This document shows, one piece after another, positions 51,361 to 63,000 of a stretch of DNA of 64,000 bases (position 1 is its first letter; every line of letters begins with the position of its first letter). The notes below the pieces were generated by a model that was given only the letters and a program-made list of their open reading frames with translations, ran no database searches and was not told where the DNA came from. Origin of the DNA: Azolla caroliniana (lineage: Eukaryota > Plantae > Polypodiophyta); contig JBHGNT010000013.1 in the NCBI GenBank assembly GCA_043228905.1, forward strand, positions 16,802,001-16,866,000, in the 5' to 3' direction. Position numbers and translations under genes: made by a program.

Positions 51361-53119
51361 TGGTTTAAACACACATATTGCATTACTTTCTGATTACGCC
51401 AACCCTACTGCTGCTGATACCACTATCACCATGGATCGTATCAAAGGTTTGATTAGATCTGGTGAGCGTCAGAAAGCTCTCAACATGTACAAGAATTGTA
51501 GGGAACAGCGGAATTCGCCCTGTTCTCTCAATCCACACATTTTTGGAAGTTTGTTGAAATGTTGTGCAAAGATGGGGGATTTGGAAACAGGTATTTGGTT
51601 ACATTCTGATATTGTCGAACGAGGGATCCTAGAACATGATGTCTTTCTTGGTAGTGCTGTGGTTGACATGTATGCAAAATGTGGTTCGATCATGAAATCA
51701 CAAGAAGTGTTTGATATGCTTACACTTCGTGATGTTGTCTGCTGGACAGCTCTCATTCGAGGTTATATAGAAGAAAATCTTATGGTGCAAGCTCTGTGTT
51801 GTTTTGAAGCAATGTGTTATGAAGGAATTTCTCCTGATGACATCACTTTTGCTTGTGCTCTTAGAGCTTGTGGAAGCATTGGATCAGCCAGAAAAGGACG
51901 CGAAATGCATGCCCAATTGATGAAACAAGGATTGGAAAAAGATATGTTTGTCGGGAACACTTTAATTGATGTATATGCCAAATGTGGTGCCTTTTCAGAT
52001 GCCCAATATGTGTTTCGAGGAATTCCAACTCATGATGTGGTCTCATGGAATGCAATTATTGCCGGATATGCTGAAAATGGGTGTGGTGAGGAAGCTCTAT
52101 ATTGTTTTAGCAAAATGCAACGTCATGGTATATCACCACAAGCATTTACTTATGTGAGTTGTATTAAAGCTTGCACTAGTATAGGCATAGTAAGCATTGC
52201 TGAAGAAATACATTCGGAAGTTCGGCGAAAAGGCTTAGAAGAAAACCTCTTTGTTGGGTGTGCTCTGGTTGACATGTATGCCAAATTAGGCTTTCTTGAA
52301 AGAGCACAAGATGTGTTCGATATGCTTCCAGAGCGGAATGTGGTCTCTTGGACGGCTCTAATTGCAGCATATGTGGAGCATGGGCAGTTTGATACATCAA
52401 TGAAGTGTTTCGAAACAATGCAATATGAGGGCATCACTGCAGTTTCGGCTACTTTCCTCAACACATTGAAAGCATGTGGTGCAATGGGGGTAATAGGCAA
52501 TGGTTGGAAATCACATGCTGATATTACTAAGCTGGGTTTAGAGAAAAACCTTATTGTTGGTAGCTCATTAGTTGATATGTATACTAAGCATGCCTCTCTT
52601 CAAGAAGCACAAGAAGTCTTTGACAATCTTCCAATGCAAGATGTAGTTTCATGGACCACCCTCATCGCAGGATATGCCCAACTTGGCAAAAGCGAACATG
52701 TTTTCCATATGTTCAATAGAATGGTGAGAGACGGTTTAAAGCCAAATATCGTGACATTCGATAACATTCTTTCTGCATGCAATCATGCAGGTCTTGTGGA
52801 GAAGGGACAAATGTATTTTGAATGCATGAGCAAAGATTATGGTATCATACCATCTAATGACCACCTGATATGTGTGGCAGATCTTTTCAGTCGATCAGGT
52901 GACATTGGGAATGTGGTTGTGACGATAAGAAAGATGCCATTTCACCCTAGCACACCAGTGTTGCATACTCTGATGGTATCCTGTCAAAAATGGGGTAACG
53001 TGAATTTTGCAAGGCAAACGTTTGATCATTTATTGGCTTTAGATGATAAAGATGCATCAGCTTATGTGTCTCTATCTAACATATATGCAGACACCTGCAT
53101 TCATGAAGGATATAAATGA
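51233..53119 (+). CDS. Pentatricopeptide repeat protein, PLS class with E extension and no DYW domain (probable organellar RNA-editing specificity factor)
   Basis: Intronless 628-aa ORF with repeated P-L-S triplets (VDMYAKCG..., DVVSWNAIIAGY..., TF...LKAC). Ends with ILSACNHAGLVEKG...MPFHP...CQKWGN...DASAYVSLSNIYA. Confidence 0.95.
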   Translation: MLRPVSGLMLQPYLLTLTAILQKGNQETNLPKTLNLHVYMKRNGLNTHIALLSDYANPTAADTTITMDRIKGLIRSGERQKALNMYKNCREQRNSPCSLNPHIFGSLLKCCAKMGDLETGIWLHSDIVERGILEHDVFLGSAVVDMYAKCGSIMKSQEVFDMLTLRDVVCWTALIRGYIEENLMVQALCCFEAMCYEGISPDDITFACALRACGSIGSARKGREMHAQLMKQGLEKDMFVGNTLIDVYAKCGAFSDAQYVFRGIPTHDVVSWNAIIAGYAENGCGEEALYCFSKMQRHGISPQAFTYVSCIKACTSIGIVSIAEEIHSEVRRKGLEENLFVGCALVDMYAKLGFLERAQDVFDMLPERNVVSWTALIAAYVEHGQFDTSMKCFETMQYEGITAVSATFLNTLKACGAMGVIGNGWKSHADITKLGLEKNLIVGSSLVDMYTKHASLQEAQEVFDNLPMQDVVSWTTLIAGYAQLGKSEHVFHMFNRMVRDGLKPNIVTFDNILSACNHAGLVEKGQMYFECMSKDYGIIPSNDHLICVADLFSRSGDIGNVVVTIRKMPFHPSTPVLHTLMVSCQKWGNVNFARQTFDHLLALDDKDASAYVSLSNIYADTCIHEGYK

Positions 53120-53430
53120 GAGAAATCCAAATGTAAAGAGAAGTAGATCTTGATACCATAAGAATTTGTTACATAAAACATTTATTATTTTATCATAGCT
53201 TTACTTCAGACATTGTGAAAGTTTTATAGTTCACAGCACCCTAAAAAATATAACCTATTTTGTTTTGGTTACTATCAATCAGCCTTTGGTATTCTTTCAC
53301 TGAATACTGAGGCACTTGAGCAGTTTCAGATGTATGTTGCATTCAATTGGTATACATTCATTGGATGATGAGGCAATTGAGCACTTTCAGGAATATGTTG
53401 CAGTTGGTTCACTGATAGATATAACTCATG

Positions 53431-53830
53431 CATTGGTTGATAAGATCATTGAGTACTTAGAACCTGAAAAAACATGACCATATTTCGTCAGAAGTCTAGG
53501 TGATACCGATTGATAATCTCTTTCAAATAGGAGGCAACAGATGGTCAGCCACTGCCAATTTTTTGCTGGAAATACAAATGGGGAAAATATGAATGGAGCA
53601 AAGGAATTCATGTGTAAACTATAAGGCACACATTGGTTGATAAGATCATTGAGTAATTTGAACCTGAAAAAACACAACCATATTTCATCAGAAGTCCAGA
53701 TGCAACCGATTGATAATCTCTTTCAAATAGGGGGCAACAGATGGTCAGTTACTGCCAATTCTTTGCTGGAAATGCAAATAGGGGGGGACTATGAATGGAG
53801 CAAAGGCATTCAGATGTAAGCCATAAGTCA
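53431..53830 (+). repeat. Tandem duplication, 200 bp x2, 3' of the PPR gene
   Basis: 'cattggttgataagatcattgagta...gaacctgaaaaa...ccgattgataatctctttcaaatagg...tatgaatggagcaaagg' at 53431 and 53631. Confidence 0.93.
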
Positions 53831-53995
53831 AGGTGTCGCTTCCACTCCAACAAAGAAAAATAGCATGCATGCTATTGATGTAGTACACATACTACATGTC
53901 TATCAACCAGAATGATGATTTTTCCGTACAACAATGAAAGAAAATCACACTTCTGTTGTAATATATAGTATAATACAATATAATATATTATGTGT

Positions 53996-54130
53996 CCATG
54001 GGTGCTGCTCGACAGTCTGTCATAACATAATATACTATAGATAGATAGCATGCATTTGAATGACCAAGTTTACATGCACATTATACCATGGTGTGAGTGT
54101 GTCCACAGGTGCTGCTCTACGTTTCACTGT

Positions 54131-54194
<64 letters not shown>

Positions 54195-54478
54195 TCATAT
54201 ATTATATGCATGCATTGAAATGCACATAATAAGATGTTAGCAGATGAAGAGCTACCCATAGGTGCTGCTCTACATTTTGTGGTATATATATATATATTGA
54301 GAGAGAGAGAGAGAGAGAGAGATCATATATTATATGCATGCATTGAAATGCACATAATAAGATGTTAGCAGATGAAGAGCTACCCATGGGTGCTGCTCTA
54401 CGTTTTAAGGTAACATATAAAGATGGATATAGATTGCCATGAAAACTTGGTCATTCAAATATGTATGCATTTGAATTA
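53996..54478. repeat. Compound repeat: ~150/130 bp tandem copies containing (TA)n(GA)n, flanked by an 18-bp inverted repeat
   Basis: 'ggtgctgctc' starts units at ~54001, 54108, 54261 and 54389. 'atttgaatgaccaagttt' (54054-54071) is inverted at 54443-54460. Confidence 0.85.
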
Positions 54479-55022
54479 CAAAGTTTATGAACACAATCGC
54501 ATAGTAGCAGATAAAGTCACAAAGTTTCCTTCTCTCAGCTGTGTTTTATCACTTAAAAGTCCAGGGCCCAAAATAACCAATACAACATGTAGCAGACCAC
54601 CATGATAAACCATTAACAATAATCCATTTGCATATAGTTAGTTGAAATTTGAGATCTCTTGAAGTGCTTGTGCATCTCATGAACTATATACAAGCTCTTT
54701 CTAAGAAAGATTAACTAAATTTCATGTTTGTGCATTAGTATATGGGACTAAAGCCCATGACAATTCCATAGTAGCTCATACAGACATGCCAAAATGCCAC
54801 TCAGATAGAAACAAAGGGTTCAGGTAAGCAACAAAGTATACTTCTTCGTAAAAACGAAGAGGTAAACCATTTGACAAAAAGTACCCACCAGAAAACTCTT
54901 TACTAAATGGTCAAAAAGGAACTTTTAAAGAAGGCGCGTCGTGGGAATCTTGCATACAGGGGGGGGGGGGGGGGGGGGCATGCTCATGCTTCTTATGAAG
55001 AGGTATATCAACTTTTTATGAT

Positions 55023-58000
55023 TTACAACTCATCTGGAGCAAATGAGCATGTTTGATCTTCAGCTGGCAAAGTTTGGGAAAAGATTGTATCACAGGAAAA
55101 AATGGAAAAAGAAGAGGATGGGGGACCAGATTCAGTTATTCCTGTTATTTGAACCATGAAATCAGGTGAAGCAAAGAAGCTCTCCGGCTTCTTGTTAGAT
55201 GTGCTACCGTCACAAGATAACATAAAACCATCCAATTTGTTAGTAGAACACCCTCGGCTTCCTCGACTGATCTCTGAAAAATGGTCACCCCAAATATCAT
55301 AGAGAAAAACATCATTCATAGTATCTCTATGGTTAATCCTTACATCCAACGCATTTTCACTATTGCTGGTCTTTTCGAGAGCTCCTAAAAGTTGCTTCTC
55401 ATTTACATTCTTTGCCAGTCTGCTTCCTGGCGCTCGGGCATCTGGTGCAACAAGTGAGGTTGAAACAAGAGAAGAACTTAACAAGGTAGGATCTTCAAGA
55501 ACAGGAAATTTCCCATCAAGCAATTGGGGTCTCCACTGGGTGCTTCGCCCCCCCTGTGGAAATGTGGCCGATGGTAGTAAAACAGGCTTCTTTACTGAGG
55601 GATTATTACTCTTTACCACTTCGAGTGGATTAGGCATCTTTTCTATCTGATCAACCTCTGGCTTTGATGCAGCTCTCCGAGCAACAGTAGCCCAATTCTC
55701 ACTGGTATTAAAAATGCCCATTTTATCATTTCTATTTCCCTTGTCTACCATCCGAGAACCAGTTACTTTAGTATCTGTTGCTTGTGGCACCTTTAAGGGA
55801 TGCTTTGCATTAGCCTTGGAGGTTAAACAATGTAAATGGTAAATTCTATCTTTATTGAAGGGCGCATAAACATGATGTGCATGTACATCGAGCTGTGAGA
55901 GTGGCTCGTTATTACGCAACCGAGCAAAAGAATTCCTGAATTCTTGACCCCTGCTATTATGAAATGTTGTTGCTTTACCCGTATTTGAGGATGGATTGCA
56001 CTGAGAGAAGGGACCATTACCACGGTATGGAACAGGAGTTGCGGGTGAAGCAGGGGAGGAAGGAGATGAGCTGCCACTTATACTATCCCTCTCCGATTCC
56101 CTCTTCAAATCAATGATATTGCTTCGATGTTTCCTTCTTTTTCGTCTTTCTTTCTTCTCTTTAACTCGAATATCACATGGGTCACAAGCATCGGATGTTT
56201 TGATCGATAGTGACTTCTCTACGATATCATCTGGTCTTAAAGGAGGATCCAAATTAAAAGCATTATCCTCTTCCAAATTTCCCACACATGCAGCGGCACT
56301 CAAATTAGATGATGCATCACTAGCAATTGAGCTGAATATGCCTTCAATCCTTTCCACAGGCGTAGAGAAGGACTTCATGACATTGTCAATCAGAATATCA
56401 CAGTGACTAGAATCTACAGATTTAGATTTCAATTCACAATTTTCTGCTATTTGGACCCTCACATTTAACATTGTATCCTGAGAATCAAGAAATCTCCTGA
56501 AGACGTTGCCAAGGCTTGCAACAATCCTCGCCAGTATAACAGAAAAACACTGTTTATAAGGTTGATTCTTTAGGGTAGAAAGCCCATTGCTCTGATCATC
56601 CAGAATTTTCTCTTTGTTAATAATATTCTCATCAGCTTTTAAAGCATCACTCTTTGAATAAACAGACTGAAGAAAAACAGTATAACTACATGAAAACCAC
56701 AACCTAAAATCCATGGCAAGTTGTCTATCTTGTTTCATTGTTTTTGTCAGCATTGCCAATACCAGAAGAGCAGTTACTAGAGAAACTTTCCCAAGCAGTT
56801 TCCTCAACCTGTAGAATGACGATGGCTTGCAACCAACGTCTTGACGAATTCCTTCACAATGCAAGCACCCTGTTGATCCTCTGAAAGGATATGAAATGAC
56901 AAGGCTATAAATCTCTAAGCCATATTTACCACAGTTTATAAATCCCATTTGTTTTACTGAGCCAAGACATATGTTCCCCTGGAGCCTGAAGTGCTCAAAA
57001 TTCTCATCAGCAAGGTTTACTACTTGTGGACATGTTAAGAATGCATGGACCTGTAAATGCTGCTCAGGATTAGTTTCACATTCATTTTCTCCTTCTATTA
57101 GCATTTGCGAACCAGAAAGGATGAAGTCTATCATTGGAGATAGTTCACTCTTTTCAGCACCAGATTCTCCAAAAGAAACATTGACGCTCAAAATACAGGG
57201 ACTGTCCTTACGAAGATTCAATGTCATAATATCATTTACCAATATCTTTTCCTGTATTACAAATGACACCAAAATCAGCATCCAAGTACAGGCAATGATC
57301 ATGAAAACGTGAATTAACCATCCTATGGTCAAAATACTATATAGCATGCTAAATATTGTAGCATGAAATCAAACATCATCTCATGCTTAGCAAAATGTTC
57401 TTGTAAAGTTAGCACAGTGAAAACTACAGTATGAACCAAATAAAAGGAAACCACTTATATTTTTTTGACATGATACACGTGCAGCTTAGAGAATCCATGA
57501 GCATCATCAAACATTTTAATTGGAAAACAGATATAGTAAACCAGGAGAATACCAATTGCAAAAAAATAAAAGTTAATGATTGCATTTCAAGGAGTAGAAA
57601 TGTGAGAAGGTAGGATATGACATAAGAATAAGGTTTCAGAAAAGAAAGGCTTCATAAACACAACAACAATCTATTCGAGGAATAGACAGAAGTATTATTT
57701 GGTTATACTTCATAATCCTTTACCTAAATAGCTTTACCTATAGTCTCTTATTCCTCTTTTCATCCCCCCTCCCTTTCTTTATCTCCAGCAGGATGGGACT
57801 ACCATGAAATCTTTATCATGGAAAGCTACAGTGAATTTTCGTCATTTTCCTTGCATTACGTGAAATTTTCAAAGAAGAGAAGTTTAACCACCTAAAACTA
57901 GTTATTGGAGTACGCAGCAAATATCCTTATAAAACCATTTACCAAGATCCTAAATTATTATCCACATAAATTTAAGAAGCTTCATAGAACCCCCTGCACA

Positions 58001-59947
58001 TAACCTAGCTAAGAGGGTCTTTTGATTGTAGATTTAGAACTGCATATTGAGACAAGACAATGAATGGGCTAAGCAAATGCAAAATCAAGTTAATAATTTA
58101 AAAATGATGTCCTCTTTATCACATAGATGTTCATTGTTAAAGAAATGGATACAATTTATCGTAAATGCCACTGTTCTTGGCTTGCAAATTGCCTGAAATA
58201 TACATAAGAAATACCTGAGAATGCTTCTTGCCTAATTGTTTCAGCATTAAAACTTGCTTACATGGGGAGTATATGCAGCATTTTAAAGAGGAAAGAACTA
58301 ATTGCCCAGCCTACCAACCAGGAAATCGAGAAAATGGATTGAAGTTTTGGAGAAACAGGCACAGCACATTCAATAGAGAACATTTCAACTCCAGAAGACA
58401 GAAATTTAACAAGCATATTCAGGTTTCCCAGAAACTGCGTGCCCATACTATCTTGTACCATCCATGTTATATCAGCACCCATGTAAATGGCCGTTTGCAT
58501 ACACTTTTAAAGAAAACCCATATTGGCAAATCAAAACCTACTATAAACAAAATCATTTGTGATCTTCCCATGGGTGTACCATTACTACGCAAGAGAACTC
58601 ATAATATGGTCCTAAATTTTCGAATGAAGATACAATACCAACAGTAAAACGCACAACTTACTATAAAAAGCAGAAGATTATCTTTGTAACAATATAGGAT
58701 CAAAGCAAAAAAGATAAAGTACCAGACTCTATCCATTTAACATGCCAACAACAAGACAGTTTACTCACTGTCCATTGAGATGATCCTAGTTGGAAACACT
58801 TCTGGAACAGGAGACTGCTGCATAAATATTCTCCAAAAGCTTTAAACTGTTTCGGGGCTTCCGAGCCCACCCTTCTGCACAAGTTCACTTTGAAATGCTT
58901 TTCCACTTCACTGAAGCTTGAATCCACACTTGGGTTGACAGAACTCGGAGGAACTGGCGTCCTTCCACACACTTTGGAGGAGGAGGAAGAAGATATAATA
59001 TGCTTAGATTCTATCCAACCAAATGTTTCCTTTGTCAAAGTTGGCCCATTTAAGGGATTATTACATTGTGTTACTTCCATCTTCAGCTCTTGCTTAGAAA
59101 TTTCAGTCCAAGGTTGCACCTTGTAGATGAAAAGCATGCCTTCTGCATCCCCTGCAGATACGCAAGACATATTACGGGTAGCCCATATAATATTTTACCT
59201 GCTTCTATAAAGGCCATGATTAGAAATAGTCCATATAGGTATTCATATGCGTTCAGTCGTTCCTTTGAGGTTAGTCAACATTTGCAGACTGTGTGAGCTA
59301 AGATAAGTTTAATATTTGACAAACTGGGACTAACAGTAGCAAAAACCAATTCCGTACCTGTAGTCACATTCCATTTGGTCGATGAACAAGCTTGAAAACA
59401 TAAGCATTCTGATGCTTCTTCACTAGAATCAAGTCCATGTGCACAAACTCTTCCTTTTTCCACACAATTCCAGCTTGTTTGTATAGAAAGGGGAAGGAAT
59501 TCAGAAGCATGGCAAGAGCACACATCACTGGAACCATTGAGTAGCACTCTGTTAGATTGGTCTTCCTCCTCCTGGTGGTTCTGGTTCTTGAGCTGCAAAC
59601 TGGGTTCCGTACAAAAACCCAGTATTCCCATGCCGTCTTCTTCATATGGAAGAAAGGCCACTTGTGCGAATATGCTATTGTGTCCGGAAGCACGGGCATG
59701 GGGCATGCAGAGGGTAAGCAGGAGAAGCCATGGGAGGAGGAGCTGGAAGAACAGCTGCCATCCACAAGGGGCTTGTGGGCAATACCAACAAGCTGTTGTT
59801 GTCCTAGTAGACGTAGTACAAAGGAAGAGAGAAGAAAACGAAAACATAAACAAGAATATACAGAAGAGTTGCCCAATTTCCTTCAATATGTGCATAAAAA
59901 AGAAAGGAGGTAAACAGATGAACAGAGCTTCGACCTAGCTTTTTCAC

Positions 59948-59979
<32 letters not shown>

Positions 59980-60204
59980 CAGGAAGTATTGTGATGAAAA
60001 AGGGAAGGTATACCATATTGGGCGCTGGTCTCGTCTATTTCTGCGATGAGAAGGTGGGGGGCAATCGTTCCGTGTCGGCGAAGCAAGCATCGCCATAGCC
60101 ATCGCTAAGGCTGTGAAGAGGAGAGGGGAAGAGGGAGGTGAAGAAGGTGAAGGAGAAGGAGAAGAAGAAGGGGGAAGGGGAGAGAGCATTACTGCAGAGG
60201 CCAT
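55023..60204 (-). CDS. TMEM131-like membrane protein; internal exon structure between ~57255 and 59360 unresolved
   Basis: Exon 1 (60204-60014) splices in frame to exon 2 at 59803, which contains a signal-like hydrophobic stretch. The large last exon has 'CGKYGLEI', a TM helix, 'KEKKERRKRRKH', 'SGSSSPSSPASPATP', 'VAPDARAPGS' and 'FLYDIWGDHFS', recalled as hallmarks of plant TMEM131 homologs. Confidence 0.7.
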
Positions 60205-60268
60205 AGCCAGGGAGCAGAGTAGAAAGAGACAGAGAGATGAAATGGGCGCCTTTCTATCTCGCTATTGG

Positions 60269-60269
<1 letters not shown>

Positions 60270-60312
<43 letters not shown>

Positions 60313-60416
60313 CCTAAACCCCTCTTTCTCTCTCTGCTCCATCTTAGCTTTGAATGCTGCTTTCTTCTCCCTTTCTCTTCTCCAACTTGAAAGCCAAAAT
60401 TAGTTGAGAGAGAGAG

Positions 60417-60489
<73 letters not shown>

Positions 60490-60560
60490 GACGCCCACTC
60501 ATTTTTAACCCTACCTATTTCAAGGTTCATATATGTATGTATGTATGTATGTATGTGTGT
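60270..60560 (+). repeat. Microsatellite cluster (GA)n; (GA)n(GT)n(CT)n; (TATG)n in the TMEM131-like 5' region
   Basis: Directly visible. Confidence 0.95.
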
Positions 60561-61439
60561 ATGCCCAAGGAGACTAACTGCCCAACTATGCCGCCCGAAC
60601 CCATGGGGATGATGGGCTCTGCCCTGGCGCATGCCCGTGCTCGAGACGGAAAAAGAGATAACTTGCTTGTCTCCACGAAACCAATACCCCCATCCGGTTC
60701 AGGTTGCGCCCCCAATCAATGTCTACGACTTCATTGCTCATATGACATTGCGATGAAATCGATTTTCCGGACATGCAGCAAATATATATATATATATATA
60801 AGAAAAATAGACGCATGCATAACTATACATGCCCTCTTTGTCCCGTCAATAGCGGAGTAACATCGAGGATGGTAAGAGATCAACCAGATACATCTATTGG
60901 AGAAATCTTGTGGGTTAAGGACATGTGTCACCTCAACTGTGGATTTTGACAAATATGAGACAGAAAGGGCAACGCCCCCCCCCCCCCAAATCAATTGTCG
61001 TGACAACAAAAGTGAACAGATTATACATTAGGATAGCTGCCCCATTGCATATGAGTGGTCATGGGGGCATATGCTCCACATGCATCGACTCAATGGAATT
61101 AGTAATACCCTAAGAGCCAATGTGTATAGTTTTATAAGGGTCGATGTATGATCGCTCGAGGCTAATGCCAAGACAAGCTAATATTAGAGGATTTAATAAA
61201 ACAAAACAAAATCTCAGTCTATGTATGGGTATCTATTTGGCATTGCACTCTCTTCTCGCTAGCAAAAGGATAATTTATATGCGCCAACGTTGAATTTTAA
61301 GCAATTTGGAGACAATAAAATATATATATGTAGAACAATCGACCCCCATTGGGAGCAATAGTAATGGGACAAAAGCACATTGGATTTCAGCTAGTAGGAT
61401 GTATTTATATGGAAATTTGTGAGGCTCTAGTTTAATATA

Positions 61440-63000
61440 GCCACATGATTAACACAAAGAGGCGAGAGATTAAACTGTTCACCAAGCCAAATATCATTGA
61501 GCTTTGGGCCATCAATTGGCTTGAGACTCTTTCATGTCCCATTTTACGAGAAAGAAGTGTGATGATGCCCTTGCTACAAGTGTAGTGTACAAAAGCATAG
61601 GTAGCTCTTCATAAAACTCCATGCCCATTGTCAATATCCAAACAATGGCTTTCGTGCGATTGATCACAAACTAATGGGCCTATCTCTAGCCATAATGACT
61701 TATTTAATCAACAATTACAAGCTAGGGCATAGATTTAATCCCCGTGGATTCTTGCAATAATCAAAATATTGGTGTATTTTGATGATTCCATATTTTATTT
61801 TAACCATGAGGAGACAAAACAATTTTACCTACATGGCAAAATCCCATAAATTATGAGAAATGTCAAGGCTTTACTCACATGTAGCAAAATGATGTCACAA
61901 TAGATAAACTAGAGGAGAAAAGCATCTCAATCTAATTGTTTTATTGGTTGCCTCTTGTCTCTTCCGGGCCCGACCTTTTGAGTGAACCATATTAGTGTCC
62001 ATTCTTTACCCATCGAAATTTCAACTCCTCTTCTTATAAATCCTTTTGGTCTATTGCGCTCTCTATTATTATTAAAATGTTGTCCTTAGTAGCCTTTTTA
62101 GATAACAAGGTAGGTTGCATAGATTACCCATCTTCATAGCACCCTCATATATGATTGTTGGAATGCTTATATGTGTAGAATCATGTCATAACTTTGGTGT
62201 GTCTACTCAAAGTAATTACTTAAACTATCCTCAATGTGCATTGGGGTTTATATCATGATAACTAGGCATACGGGGTTTGGAAGAAAACCATGTCCCATGG
62301 CTCATATACATATATATATTATAAGATGTTTGCACACAAATTTGAGCCTTTATTATTTAGACCTATTACTCCCTCTTTTATTCTTTCAAATTTTTATATG
62401 ATAAGATTACATCATGGTTCACAAATAATACGAGACATAAGTTATTGAAAAGAAAATAAAGAAGATAATCCAATTATGTCTTGGTATCCAATATTGTTAC
62501 ATGTCAAACCCCCAAATATTGCTGAATTTCTCGAATGGATCGTACTAAGTATGACATTCCATCTCCTAGATGTGAAAAGATACAATCATTGCACCATCAC
62601 CACATAGATCAGGTTGTTGACATTGAACGAAAGTGTGAGTCTACATGAAAAAATCATATGAGTTGAATCATCAAGACCAAGAAATGATGTATTCTATTAT
62701 GGTTTCGATGACTCAAATTTTCAAAAGGTGAAGGTTTAGTAGTATTGGGATGGGTCAGACATTGTAGTAAGAAATTGCAAGTGTCAAAGATATAAAGGAA
62801 GCTTATGCCCAATATAACAACAATTGTCTCAATTTTGACCATTGGATGCTACTACTACGAAGTACATGAAAAATGGAGTCACGTCTTTGAGCTAGTTGAA
62901 CAAGGGTATAATGGTCTAACACAAAACGAACACTAGAAAGGATTTCCTAGGGAAATTGTAGGGGACATGAAACGATCATTTTGGAGTCTATCAATGATCG
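61440..63000. mobile_element. Probable very old transposon debris
   Basis: Faint integrase-like residues (e.g. '*GIDLI' near 61725 and 'QNDVT' near 61885), no ORFs. The family cannot be assigned. Confidence 0.25.

Noticed and set aside
51469-52782. Antisense ORFs within the PPR gene (and similar ones opposite TMEM131-like and ZMAT5)
   Set aside because: Shadow ORFs of genuine coding sequence with no independent signal.
59275-59277. Stop-codon readthrough or selenocysteine at the TGA in the TMEM131-like gene
   Set aside because: The frame beyond it closes again after ~70 codons and does not join the next ORF. Land plants are not known to use Sec.
2884-60204. A functional gene cluster (RNA-processing genes or stress genes)
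   Set aside because: Helicase, ZMAT5, PPR, P5CS, HSD, Kelch and TMEM131-like have no shared pathway. The adjacency is consistent with ordinary gene order.
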